Shown here: positions 1 to 9,962 of the stretch, piece by piece
Layout of the letters: each line of letters begins with the position of its first letter
Numbering within the stretch: the stretch's first letter is position 1
Assembly (NCBI RefSeq): GCF_000008385.1
Contig: NC_006833.1
Location: 690,001-722,000 of the forward strand
Length of the DNA stretch: 32,000 nucleotides
Direction: 5' to 3'
Origin: Wolbachia endosymbiont strain TRS of Brugia malayi
Lineage (GTDB): Bacteria > Pseudomonadota > Alphaproteobacteria > Rickettsiales > Anaplasmataceae
Translations under genes and position numbers: made by a program
Notes under the pieces: model-generated
Seen by the model: the letters and a program-made list of their open reading frames with translations, nothing else
The model's database searches: none
Told to the model about the DNA's origin: nothing

Positions 1-86
1 GTCCTTGAATGGCAATGTGGCAATTAGTTTGACTAAAACTGCTTAATTATATAAAATTGTAACTAGTATAATAAATAAAGGTTAAC

Positions 87-407
87 ATGGCAGTTAAAAT
101 AAGGTTGGCAAGATTTGGTGCAAAGAAACGCCCTTTTTACAGAATAGTTGTAGCTGATTCACGTGCACCAAGAGATGGACGTTTTATTGAGAGAATAGGG
201 CAGTATGATCCAATGCTATCAAAAGACAACAAAAATTGTGTCGTGGTAAAAGCCGATAGATTAAAATATTGGCTAAATGTAGGTGCGCAAGCAAGTGAAA
301 GGGTACTATGGTTCATTAAAAAAGGCATAATAACTTTAGAAGCAGAAAAAAAGAAAGTAGAAACAAAGAAAGCAGAGATAAAAAAAGTAAAAGAACAAGA
401 GGTATAA
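87..407 (+). CDS. rpsP: 30S ribosomal protein S16
   Basis: ORF begins [42 protein letters not shown], the canonical S16 N-terminus. Confidence 0.98.
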   Translation: MAVKIRLARFGAKKRPFYRIVVADSRAPRDGRFIERIGQYDPMLSKDNKNCVVVKADRLKYWLNVGAQASERVLWFIKKGIITLEAEKKKVETKKAEIKKVKEQEV

Positions 408-416
408 GTCTCATTA

Positions 417-1403
417 ATGCTGAACACCGGTTTAACAAATAATGATATATTAGACGATATCGTATCCTCTGACTTATCAGCTATGAAGAATTTTATCTTC
501 AGGGATGTTAACAACGGAGATGTTAAGCTTGCTGCTGATATTATATCTCATCTTGTCAGATCAGGCGGAAAAAAAGTTAGGCCCAAACTTGTCTTTATCA
601 TATGTAAAATGCTGAACTATTCCGGAGAGGATAGGGTTAAAGTTGCCGCATCAGTAGAATTTATACATAACGCCACTTTACTTCATGATGATGTGCTTGA
701 TGAAAGTGAAGCACGTCATGGAGTTAAAACAGCAAATAAAATTTGGGGAAATAAGTCAAGCATTTTAGTTGGTGATCTGTTATTGACTCTAGCATTCAGA
801 TGGCTTATAGAATGTGGAAATTTAAACATTCTCTCCATTTTATCTGGAGCATCGCATTCACTTGTAAATGGCGAAATAAAACAAATGGCAGCACGCTTTA
901 ACTCTCACACTATTAGGAAAAACTATTTCGACATCATTGGAAAGAAAACAGCATCTTTATTTTCTGCATGCTGTGAAGCTGCATCTGTAATATCCAACGC
1001 TACAAGTAATGAAACAGAGAGGTTGAAAAATTTTGGTCTTAACTTTGGTATGGCATTTCAAATAATTGATGATACGCTTGACTATACTGCTGACCAACGT
1101 ACTTCTGGAAAGCAAGTAGGAAAGGACTTCTTTGAAGGCAAAGTTACTTTACCTGCTATTATAGCGTACGAAAAAGGCAGTCCAGCAGAACAAAAATTCT
1201 GGGAAAAATGTTTTTCTTTGGCTGAGCGCAACTTTGACCAAGCATTACATTATATCAATCATCACAATGCTATTCAGCTTTCTATAGAAAAAGCTAGGCA
1301 CTATGTTAATATGGCACAAAATAATATTAACACTTTTTCTGATTCTTCTTATAAAATTGCTTTAATTGACTTTTTAAATGCAAGCATAGAACGACAAGCT
1401 TAG
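417..1403 (+). CDS. ispB: Polyprenyl (octaprenyl-type) diphosphate synthase
   Basis: Contains GGKKVRPKLV, the first Asp-rich motif LLHDDVLDES and the second motif FQIIDDTLDY. Long-chain specificity is inferred. Confidence 0.85.
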   Translation: MLNTGLTNNDILDDIVSSDLSAMKNFIFRDVNNGDVKLAADIISHLVRSGGKKVRPKLVFIICKMLNYSGEDRVKVAASVEFIHNATLLHDDVLDESEARHGVKTANKIWGNKSSILVGDLLLTLAFRWLIECGNLNILSILSGASHSLVNGEIKQMAARFNSHTIRKNYFDIIGKKTASLFSACCEAASVISNATSNETERLKNFGLNFGMAFQIIDDTLDYTADQRTSGKQVGKDFFEGKVTLPAIIAYEKGSPAEQKFWEKCFSLAERNFDQALHYINHHNAIQLSIEKARHYVNMAQNNINTFSDSSYKIALIDFLNASIERQA

Positions 1404-1464
1404 CTAGTTCTTGATATTTTCAGATTAATTGTTATATATTTATTAGATTTTTAAGGATAATGAT

Positions 1465-2013
1465 ATGTCAGATAGTAGTAAAGAAAGAAAGAAGAAATTC
1501 ACTGGCATGGTGAATAAACAAAAAAGCGAAGACCAACAAAATAATAGTAAACAAGCTGATGATTTAGATGAGCTCAAAACATTAAAAGAACGTGCAGTTC
1601 AGCTTGAAGATCATTTACGCCGTGCTGTTGCAGATAACGAAAACGTTAAACGTATAATGCAAAAACAAATTAGCGATGCAAACGACTACGCAGTTACAAA
1701 ATTTGCCCGTGATATGATCGATTCGTGCGATAATTTAAAAAGAGTAATGGAAATTTTGAAGGACGATGATCCTGTTCATGAGGGAATTAAAGTAGCTTAT
1801 AAAAAAATTATGAATGATCTCAAAAAGCATGGAATAGAAGAGATAGACCCAATCGGAGAGCTTTTTGATAGTAATTTACATCAAGCTGTTGTAGAAAGAG
1901 AGGATAATGAAAAAAAAACTGGCACTATTGTAGAGGTCTTGCAAACCGGTTACACTATCAAAAATAGGTTGCTTCGTCCTGCAATGGTTATCATTTCCAA
2001 AAAAAACTGCTAA
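1465..2013 (+). CDS. grpE: Nucleotide exchange factor GrpE
   Basis: Coiled-coil N-terminus, then RRAVADNENVKR and C-terminal IDPIGELFDSNLHQAVV...GTIVEVLQTGYTIKNRLLRPAMVIISK. Confidence 0.95.
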   Translation: MSDSSKERKKKFTGMVNKQKSEDQQNNSKQADDLDELKTLKERAVQLEDHLRRAVADNENVKRIMQKQISDANDYAVTKFARDMIDSCDNLKRVMEILKDDDPVHEGIKVAYKKIMNDLKKHGIEEIDPIGELFDSNLHQAVVEREDNEKKTGTIVEVLQTGYTIKNRLLRPAMVIISKKNC

Positions 2014-2058
2014 TTGTGGAAGCAGTTAGTAATACATATACAATAAGATAAATATGTA

Positions 2059-3057
2059 ATGACAGGCGTAGTCTTTTCAGGCACTCAACCAAGTGGTGTA
2101 CTACATTTAGGTAATTATCTTGGTGCAATTAAGCAGTGGGTGACTTTACAAGATAAATACAAATCTATTTTTTGTATAGTTGATTTGTATGCGATCACAG
2201 CCAATAAGCTTTCTGCAAGTGAATTAAAAAGTAATATTTTTAAAACAGCAGCAGCTTATATCGCGTGTGGAATAGATCCAGAAAAATCCATTATTTTTAA
2301 TCAGTCTACAATTAGTAGTCATACAGAACTCAGTTGGCTGCTCGGGTGCTACACACCAGTTGGTTGGCTTAATCGTATGACTCAATTTAAAGATAAGGCT
2401 GGAAGTGATAAACAAAAAGCCTCTCTTGGGTTATATAGTTACCCAGTGCTTATGGCTGCAGATATATTGCTATATCGAACTAAATACGTCCCTGTTGGTG
2501 ATGATCAAAAACAGCACTTGGAGCTCGCACGCGACATTGCATTAGCTTTCAATAATCACTATAAGCTTGGTCATTTCGTTATACCTGAAATCCTAGTTTT
2601 AGATCATGCATCGAGGATAATGAGCTTAAGAGATGGTACAAGCAAAATGAGTAAATCTCCCCCTTCAGAATATTCGTGCATTAACCTTGACGACACAGAT
2701 GACTTGATTGTTAAAAAAGTAGGAAAAGCAAAAACAGATTCAATACTAGGCTTTGATTTTGCTACTTTAAAGTGTCGTCCGGAAATAAGCAATTTGATAA
2801 ACATTTACTCAGTGCTTAGTAATTTAGATGTAGATAAAGTGTGTGAAGAAATGAATAAGTATGATATGCAGCACTTTAAAGGAGAGTTAGCTGATTTAAT
2901 CATAAGTGTTATATCACCCATACGTGAAGAAATAAATGATCTTTTAAAAGATCAATCTCACTTATATAGAGTGTTAAAAAAAGGCACAGAAAAAGCAGCG
3001 GAAATTGTTGGCCATAACATAAAGGAAATCAAAAATATTATAGGGTTTGTTCAATAA
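2059..3057 (+). CDS. trpS: Tryptophanyl-tRNA synthetase
   Basis: FSGTQPSGVLHLGNYLGAIKQWV (HIGH-like), PVLMAADILLY, and the KMSKS motif in DGTSKMSKSPPSEYS. Confidence 0.97.
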   Translation: MTGVVFSGTQPSGVLHLGNYLGAIKQWVTLQDKYKSIFCIVDLYAITANKLSASELKSNIFKTAAAYIACGIDPEKSIIFNQSTISSHTELSWLLGCYTPVGWLNRMTQFKDKAGSDKQKASLGLYSYPVLMAADILLYRTKYVPVGDDQKQHLELARDIALAFNNHYKLGHFVIPEILVLDHASRIMSLRDGTSKMSKSPPSEYSCINLDDTDDLIVKKVGKAKTDSILGFDFATLKCRPEISNLINIYSVLSNLDVDKVCEEMNKYDMQHFKGELADLIISVISPIREEINDLLKDQSHLYRVLKKGTEKAAEIVGHNIKEIKNIIGFVQ

Positions 3058-3069
3058 GTTATAGCTATT

Positions 3070-4590
3070 TCTTTCCATGACTTTTAAATCGTGCAACTAT
3101 TTCCTTTATACTTACATGTGTGAGAAGAGGTTTTTTGCTAATGGAGATTTAGGACCAGACTTTGCTGTTATAGAGGATTCAATTGCAGATCTTTCGTTCT
3201 CTGTTGGAAATAAACGAGATTGAGAAGCAGTTTTTAGTGAGAGTGTAGGATCTTGCTTTACACCAGTATCTACTTGTGCTGCTGGGGTGACTTTGCTTTC
3301 AACAGGTCATACACCTGCATTTTCCTTTACTTGATTTCGCTTAAATTTTTCTTTTAACGCTTTGACTTTGCTGTCCGTCTTGTGATTGACCCCTTCATAG
3401 TAACCGCTTCTACTTTTGGTATCGCTTTACTAGAAGCTTCCTGCATAGATTGCCTACGATCTTGATTTTTAGTTTTTTTTGACATTTCAGGTTTACTTTC
3501 AGCTGATTTTTCAAGAATCACATTCATTATTCCTGGCTTCGTATTTACTTCTTCTTTTTGATCAGCACGGCCTAGATTTTTAGACTTTGGCAGTATTTTA
3601 GGTTTATCTTTTCTCGGTTTTTGCCCAATCTTTTGATTAGTAGCGAACGTTTTCTTTAATACTGGCAGTGCTATTGATGGTTTTGGTGGTATTGAAAATT
3701 TAGATTGCTGTTTACGTTCTCTTTATTGCTTCTATATGTTTTTTAGAAACCGTTGCATAAATTGCCTCTTTCTCTTGATAATTTGACATTCTTTTATCAG
3801 GCTCTTCATCTAACAAACTTCCATAGCCTGAGTCCTTGTAACTATAAGAAAGCTTATTGCTATCTGAGGGTATAATCTCTACTTCTGATTAAAAACGTAC
3901 CTTCTTCTCAGTAGCAGAAACCTTTTTCCCAGACTCAGGCTTAAGCTCATTTATGGAAAGATTAGCTTCTTCTAATGAGAAAGTTTTCTTTAAATTCGGA
4001 GCAGTTATGGGTAGTGGAGGTGCAGTTGTCGGTCGTTTTATTTTTCCCTTTGGCGATTACTACCTAATTCTTCTTTTGGCTGTTCTCCCTTTTATTTTAA
4101 AGCTATTTTGCTTTCCACATTTACTTCTTATAATTTATATTTTTCCTGAACTTTTTACCCTGTTCTGAATCCAAAATTTCTTTCAAAACATTGAGTTTTT
4201 CTTTAAGGAAATTAATTTTTCTCAAGATATTCGTGTATCTTACTGCTTTTTCTAAAGTAAAATTTGGCAATTTATCTTTAGCAAAATTTCTTATGTTGTC
4301 ATCTTAATCGGAACATCTTTTCCTAAGATTGTGTTCCATATGTTCTTTAATGTTTCAAAAAGACCTGATGGCTTTTCATCAACCGGTTCTACATAATTAT
4401 CCAAGTCAGTATACATAATAAACTTAGCCACGTCTTTGCCTTGTTTGTAAAATCTTCTAGTGCTTAAGATAAATTTCTTACTGTTTCAGTATATTGTTTG
4501 TCGACTTCCTTTGTATTTCCTAACCTTACAACTTTGACCAGAGAATCAAGTTTTTTTTCATAGTTGTCACTTTTGAATGGGTCACTCACA
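3070..4590 (-). pseudogene. Decayed hypothetical protein gene, Lys/Glu/Pro-rich and probably coiled-coil
   Basis: Minus-strand reading gives broken segments with protein-like composition: SDPFKSDNYEKKLDSLVKVVRLGNTKEVDKQYTETVRNLS, AKFIMYTDLDNYVEPVDEKPSGLFETLKNIWNTILGKDVPIKMTT, NIRNFAKDKLPNFTLEKAVRYTNILRKINFLKENLNVLKEILDSE, KDKPKILPKSKNLGRADQKEEVNTKPGIMNVILEKSAESKPEMSKK, and PVESKVTPAAQVDTGVKQDPTLSLKTASQSRLFPTENERSAIESSITAKSGPKSPLAKNLFSHM*. Frameshifts and stops lie between them. Confidence 0.6.
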
Positions 4591-4735
4591 CTAATTACAA
4601 CTTACTATTTATTAAAATATAGACTTAAAAAATTAAGATCTAGTAAATATCATTTGTATAATCCATGGGATCCAGATTAAGCTCTATTGAGTACGCTTAA
4701 ACAGTTTGATTTCATTAGCATGCAGACTTTACAAT

Positions 4736-5602
4736 CTAATTGGCAAAGTTCACAATCCTATCTAAAAAGATGCCGAAAAAAAGTAGTAGTCCTATATAGG
4801 AATTATTTTTAAATATGGACATGCATTGACTAGAGTTGTCAGGATTAAAATGTTTGTACTGGCGATAAAATATAAATCCTACAGCAAGCAGAGCAATGTA
4901 AAAAATGTTGTTCAATGATGATAAAATACCGGCGTATAGCCACACCATGAGAGATATTAAGTAAAACCTTTTTAGCCAAGATTTTGTTTTATCACCAAAA
5001 TATAATGCAGTTGATTTTATTCCGAGTTTTTCATCATCCTTTTTATCCTGATGGGCGTATATGGGGTCATAACTCAGCGTCCAAAAGATGCATCCTATAT
5101 AAAAGAGCATGGGTTCTATACTGATCTGGTTCTTCACTGCTGCCCAGCCTATAAGTGATCCCATATTGAAAGTAAACCCTAGAAACAATTGTGGCCACCA
5201 AACATAACGCTTCAATAAGGGGTAAATAGTTACCATACACATTGAAATTACTCCAAGTATAAGTGTAGTTTTGTTAGTAAACAGTAGAACGACTAGGGCA
5301 ATAGATAGTAACAGAAAAAGTAAAATCAAAGCTTGCTTTACGTTTAATTTGCCACTTGCAAGTGGTCTATATTTTGTTCGTTCAACATGCGCATCTATTT
5401 TTCTATCGAAAATATCATTGATTATGCAACCTGCAGGTCTCATTAAAAATGCACCTATGGTAAACAAAATAAGGAGAAGAAAAGTCTGCCAAGATAGAGA
5501 AGTTGAGGCTAGCACAATACCACTTAAACCAGGAAATAACACAAGCCACAAACCTGTTAAGCTGTGCAACCTCATCAATGAAAAGTAACAATTGAAATGC
5601 AT
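4736..5602 (-). CDS. ubiA: 4-hydroxybenzoate polyprenyltransferase
   Basis: Multi-spanning membrane protein with the UbiA motif GCIINDIFDRKIDAHVERTKYRPLASGKL and the second motif YAHQDKKDDEKLGIKS. Confidence 0.95.
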   Translation of the reverse strand: MHFNCYFSLMRLHSLTGLWLVLFPGLSGIVLASTSLSWQTFLLLILFTIGAFLMRPAGCIINDIFDRKIDAHVERTKYRPLASGKLNVKQALILLFLLLSIALVVLLFTNKTTLILGVISMCMVTIYPLLKRYVWWPQLFLGFTFNMGSLIGWAAVKNQISIEPMLFYIGCIFWTLSYDPIYAHQDKKDDEKLGIKSTALYFGDKTKSWLKRFYLISLMVWLYAGILSSLNNIFYIALLAVGFIFYRQYKHFNPDNSSQCMSIFKNNSYIGLLLFFGIFLDRIVNFAN

Positions 5603-5605
5603 TTA

Positions 5606-5950
5606 TTAAGTATAATTACTTAGTATTTTGCTTATGTTAACAAAATTATCGAACGCTAAATCAGCCTTAAAAACTAACTTTGGTATAAATCGCAAATCAA
5701 CATAACTCAATATGGATTTGCGTATTAACCACGCAGATTGGTTAATTTCATCAACAACAGTATTAATATTATATTTTTTTTTGCTTAATGAGGATAACAC
5801 AATATATACATCTGCTTTTTTCAAATCTCCACTTAATTTTACATCAGATATTACTACATTTTTATTGAACACCTTACCCTCCATTAAGACTTTGGATATT
5901 GCTCTACGCAATACAGATGCTATTTTTAGGTTTCTGATTTCCTTTCTCAT
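5606..5950 (-). CDS. rbfA: Ribosome-binding factor A
   Basis: Small protein directly after infB; motifs RKEIRNLKIASVLRRAISKVL, VVISDVKLSGDLKKADVYI, RKSILSYVDLRFIPKLVFKAD. Confidence 0.92.
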   Translation of the reverse strand: MRKEIRNLKIASVLRRAISKVLMEGKVFNKNVVISDVKLSGDLKKADVYIVLSSLSKKKYNINTVVDEINQSAWLIRKSILSYVDLRFIPKLVFKADLAFDNFVNISKILSNYT

Positions 5951-5959
5951 ATTAAACTA

Positions 5960-8293
5960 CTATAACACCCTTTCTTCTTGTACTAATTGATGAGCTTCAA
6001 GAATATCTCCAACTTTTATATCAACGTTACCATCCAGAGATACTCCACATTCAAAGTTTGTACCTACTTCCTTAACGTTATCCTTAAATCTACGTAAAGC
6101 TTTCAACTTTCCTTCATATATCAACTTATTATTGCGCATTACCTTAATTAAAGAATCTTTTTTTACAACTCCATCACTTACATAACATCCAATAATATTG
6201 CCTACTCTAGATACATTAAATATCTGCCTCACAGATGCAGAGCCAATACGCACTTCTCGTGTCACAGGCTTTAACATTTTAGTCAAATACATTCTCATGT
6301 CGTCGATAAGTTCGTATATTATACTATAAGTATGTATTTCTACACCCTTCCTTTTTGCTAAATCCCTTATTTTTGAATCTACTTTGACATTGAACGCTAA
6401 AATTACTGCACTTGATGCTTCTGCAAGCAGCACATCTGAATCTGTTATTCCCCCTACTGCTTTGTGTAAGATATTCAATTTTACTTGGTCTTTACCGAGC
6501 TTATCAATTGAATTCGATATTGCTTCAATAGAACCAGTTACATCGCACTTTAAAACTACAGATAATTCTTCTACTTCACTATCATTGCGACTGAACATGT
6601 CTAAATTATTGTTGCTTAAATCTTCTTTCTTTTCCTTAATTAACTCTAACCTATACTCAGCAATTTCACGTGCCTGCTTTTCAGAACTTACTACAACAAA
6701 TTTATCTCCAGCATTTGGTATACCATTTAGACCAGTAATCTCAATTGGAGAGGATGGTAGTGCCACCTTTTCTCTTTGCCCAAGGTGATTAACCATACTG
6801 CGCACTTTACCATATGCTGTACCAACTACCAACATATCACCAACTTTTAGCGTTCCTTCCTCAACTATCAATGTAGCCGATATTCCCTTGGCTTTATCTA
6901 TTTTAGATTCTATTACCCACCCAAGTGCCCTACAATCTTCTATTGCTTCTAGCTTCATTAATTCAGCGATCAATAAAATCGCCTCTTCTAGTTTATCCAA
7001 ATTAATTTTCTTTTTTGCTGATACTGGCACAACTATAACATCGCCACCGAGCTCTTCAGGAATGAGATCATATTGAGGTAAACTACTAATTATCCTCTCT
7101 ACATCACCAGACTGTGACCTATCAATTTTATTAATAGCAACTATAATAGAAACATTTGCCGCTTTTGCATGATTCATTGCTTCAATTGTTTGTTTCATGA
7201 CTCCATCATCAGCCGCAACTACTATTACAACTATATTAGTGATGTTAGCGCCACACGCACGCATCGCAGTGAACGCTTCATGTCCCGGCGTGTCAATGAA
7301 AGTAATTTTTTTATCTTTTGTAATTATCTGATAAGCACCTATGTGTTGAGTTATTCCGCCTAACTCTCTTTCTGCAACATTAGATTCACGAAATGCATCA
7401 AGCAAGGAAGTTTTACCATGATCAACGTGTCCCATAAAGGTGACAATTGGTGGTTTAGGTTTTTTAGGTAAACTTTCTCTCTCTTCTATAAAAAACAAAT
7501 TCTTTTCCTTGTTAGCACCGCTCACTCGTTTAGCCGTATGATTGAATTTCTCCACTATTTCGCATGCTACTTCTGGATCTACTAAACCATCCACTCCATA
7601 ATTCTCACCCATTTCTTCTTTCAACATCTTTAGCACACTTTTGCTATCTTCTGCCATGCGAATAGATAATTCCTTAATTGTTATCTCATCTGGTATAATA
7701 ACTTCCCTTGAGATATTTTTACCCTTAGTGAATTCTGATTTTCTATTTCTTATACCAAATCTTTGCTTAAACACAGAAGGTTGCTCAATTTTGTCATCTA
7801 TTGATTGTGCAATTATCCGCTTAGAATGCTTGGAATATATATCTTTGTTAGTCTTTAAAGACTTTTTATTATTATCTTCGTTGTCAGTGTTATTCTCTAT
7901 TAGCTCAACTAAGCTAACATCGTTCAAAACTTCCTTTCCAGTTTCTTTAAATGAAGTGTTCGTGGCGCTATCTCTGTCGTTAGTCTTTTCATTACTATCT
8001 TCTTTTACTATACTATCTTTTTTTACTATGGCTTCTTTTTCTTTTAGATTCCTTTCTTTCAGCAAAGCAGCGTTCTGTACAGCATTAATACGAGAAATTT
8101 GCTCTTTTTTTGTTAAAGAACCTAATAATTTATTTTCATCTTGTTCTTCTGTGTCATGAGTTTTTCTTCTTCTTTTTTTTACTATTGTAGCTCCCATACT
8201 TGGACTTGCTGAAGAGCTCAAATTGAAGTCTAATTTAAGCTTACTAAAGCCTTGGAGTGTTAATTTTTTGCTACTGATATCTTTACTATTCAT
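5960..8293 (-). CDS. infB: Translation initiation factor IF-2
   Basis: G-domain [48 protein letters not shown]; charged N-terminal extension. Confidence 0.98.
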   Translation of the reverse strand: MNSKDISSKKLTLQGFSKLKLDFNLSSSASPSMGATIVKKRRRKTHDTEEQDENKLLGSLTKKEQISRINAVQNAALLKERNLKEKEAIVKKDSIVKEDSNEKTNDRDSATNTSFKETGKEVLNDVSLVELIENNTDNEDNNKKSLKTNKDIYSKHSKRIIAQSIDDKIEQPSVFKQRFGIRNRKSEFTKGKNISREVIIPDEITIKELSIRMAEDSKSVLKMLKEEMGENYGVDGLVDPEVACEIVEKFNHTAKRVSGANKEKNLFFIEERESLPKKPKPPIVTFMGHVDHGKTSLLDAFRESNVAERELGGITQHIGAYQIITKDKKITFIDTPGHEAFTAMRACGANITNIVVIVVAADDGVMKQTIEAMNHAKAANVSIIVAINKIDRSQSGDVERIISSLPQYDLIPEELGGDVIVVPVSAKKKINLDKLEEAILLIAELMKLEAIEDCRALGWVIESKIDKAKGISATLIVEEGTLKVGDMLVVGTAYGKVRSMVNHLGQREKVALPSSPIEITGLNGIPNAGDKFVVVSSEKQAREIAEYRLELIKEKKEDLSNNNLDMFSRNDSEVEELSVVLKCDVTGSIEAISNSIDKLGKDQVKLNILHKAVGGITDSDVLLAEASSAVILAFNVKVDSKIRDLAKRKGVEIHTYSIIYELIDDMRMYLTKMLKPVTREVRIGSASVRQIFNVSRVGNIIGCYVSDGVVKKDSLIKVMRNNKLIYEGKLKALRRFKDNVKEVGTNFECGVSLDGNVDIKVGDILEAHQLVQEERVL

Positions 8294-8294
8294 A

Positions 8295-9905
8295 TTATAT
8301 TACACCAAGCTTCTTGCGCGCTTCCATGATTATTGAGTTCACTGTGTTTTTTAAGTTTTCTTTATCACTCGCTGAAGAAGAAAGTATACTACAAAATTCA
8401 TAGCTTGACAAATCTGCTATGTTTTCTAAAGTTTTAATACCATGTTCACTAAGAGCAATTTTATCATCTATTGATAAAGGTAAATTGATCACATCACTTT
8501 CCATACCTAAACTTTTTAACTCTTCTATTTTTCTATCATTTTCTGCTTTTAGATATCTATTTGCCCTGTTACGCAGTTCACTTGCAATATCCTCGTTAAA
8601 GCCTTCTATTGAAGCAAGCTCTTTAATGGAAGCATTCGATATATCTTCTACACTTGAAAAGCCTTCTGTGACTAACAGTTGACCCATAATCTCCTCTAAG
8701 TTTAAAGCTTCAGCGAATAGAGCTGAACACTGACTAAGCTCTCTATTGCGCCTTTCCGATTCTTGTTGAGTGCTTAGTATCTCAATCTTCCACCCAATAA
8801 GCTCCGAAGCTAGTCTCACATTTTGACCCTTTTTTCCTATTGCCAAACTCAATTGATCTTCAGCGACTATTAGTTCTACGCAATTTTCACTTTCATCAAT
8901 AATAACCTTCGATACTTCCGCAGGAGTGATTGCTTTAATAACAAATTGGCCTAAGTCTGAAAAGTAATGCACGACATCAATTTTTTCACCATTTAATTCA
9001 TGTATGATGGCTTTTATTCTCTCTCCCTTAACTCCAACACATGCACCTACTGGATCAATATTCTTATCGGGAGAGAAAACGGCAACTTTGGACCTTGAAC
9101 CAGCATCTCTAGCTATACCCTTAACTGTCACTAACCCATCAGCAATCTCCGGTATCTCCTGACTTAGTAATGCCTCCAAAAAGCCTTCACTTGCCCGAGA
9201 AAGAATAATTTGACGTCCATCGTCAGAGCGCTTAACAGTTTGTATATAAGCTTTAATCTTATCACCTTCGCGAAATAATTCACCACCGATTAAATTTCGC
9301 AATGGAAGATATGCCCTAGTACCATTTATGTCTATAATCAGATCTGAATATTCTACTTGTTTAACAATACCATACCTTATTTCCCCTACTTTGTCCTTAA
9401 ATTCTTCATATTGCTTCTTTAACTCTTCATATTTAATTACTTGAGCAATCCTTTGCTGGGCAATTCTTGCTGAGGCAAGATCAGTATTAAGAGAGAGCAA
9501 TTCATTAATAGTGTCTCCAACTTTTGCATCCTCCTTTATTAATTTGGCTTGTGTAAGCGTAATTGACCCATATCCGTTATGCTCTTCTCCATTTGGTTCA
9601 TCATCAACGACCTTTAATTCTCTGTACGAAATAACCTCACCTGTGCTTCTATCTATATTAACCACAACCTTACTTTTGCTACCATACTTTTGATAAGCTA
9701 CTGCTTCTATAGCACTTTCTAATGCTTTCATTATAACTTCAAAATCTAGACCTTTCTGAAGTGAAATCTCCCCCGCTGTCTTTATTATATCAAGATTTCC
9801 TACTAAGTTATTTTTGTCACTTTTCTGTTTAACACTTCTTTTGCGATCAGCAATCATACAAATAAATCCTATACAATTAGTTATAATTATAGTTTCAACG
9901 GGCAA
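8295..9905 (-). CDS. nusA: Transcription termination/antitermination protein NusA
   Basis: S1 domain, KH domain [52 protein letters not shown]. The true start is probably the internal Met ([11 protein letters not shown]) near 9857. Confidence 0.95.
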   Translation of the reverse strand: MPVETIIITNCIGFICMIADRKRSVKQKSDKNNLVGNLDIIKTAGEISLQKGLDFEVIMKALESAIEAVAYQKYGSKSKVVVNIDRSTGEVISYRELKVVDDEPNGEEHNGYGSITLTQAKLIKEDAKVGDTINELLSLNTDLASARIAQQRIAQVIKYEELKKQYEEFKDKVGEIRYGIVKQVEYSDLIIDINGTRAYLPLRNLIGGELFREGDKIKAYIQTVKRSDDGRQIILSRASEGFLEALLSQEIPEIADGLVTVKGIARDAGSRSKVAVFSPDKNIDPVGACVGVKGERIKAIIHELNGEKIDVVHYFSDLGQFVIKAITPAEVSKVIIDESENCVELIVAEDQLSLAIGKKGQNVRLASELIGWKIEILSTQQESERRNRELSQCSALFAEALNLEEIMGQLLVTEGFSSVEDISNASIKELASIEGFNEDIASELRNRANRYLKAENDRKIEELKSLGMESDVINLPLSIDDKIALSEHGIKTLENIADLSSYEFCSILSSSASDKENLKNTVNSIIMEARKKLGVI

Positions 9906-9962
9906 AGAACTCTATTCTCAATATTAAATAATTACTAATTTAAGTCAAGTTTTTTCATGTCT

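Noticed and set aside
3953-4168. 71 aa plus-strand ORF MERLASSNEKVFFKFG...
   Set aside because: Sits antisense to the decayed coding-like minus-strand gene, is short and hydrophobic, and has no recognisable motif. Most likely fortuitous.
7641-8159. 172 aa plus-strand ORF opposite infB
   Set aside because: Antisense to the lysine/glutamate-rich IF-2 N-terminal region. The Ser/Leu/Phe-rich sequence is what the complementary strand would give.
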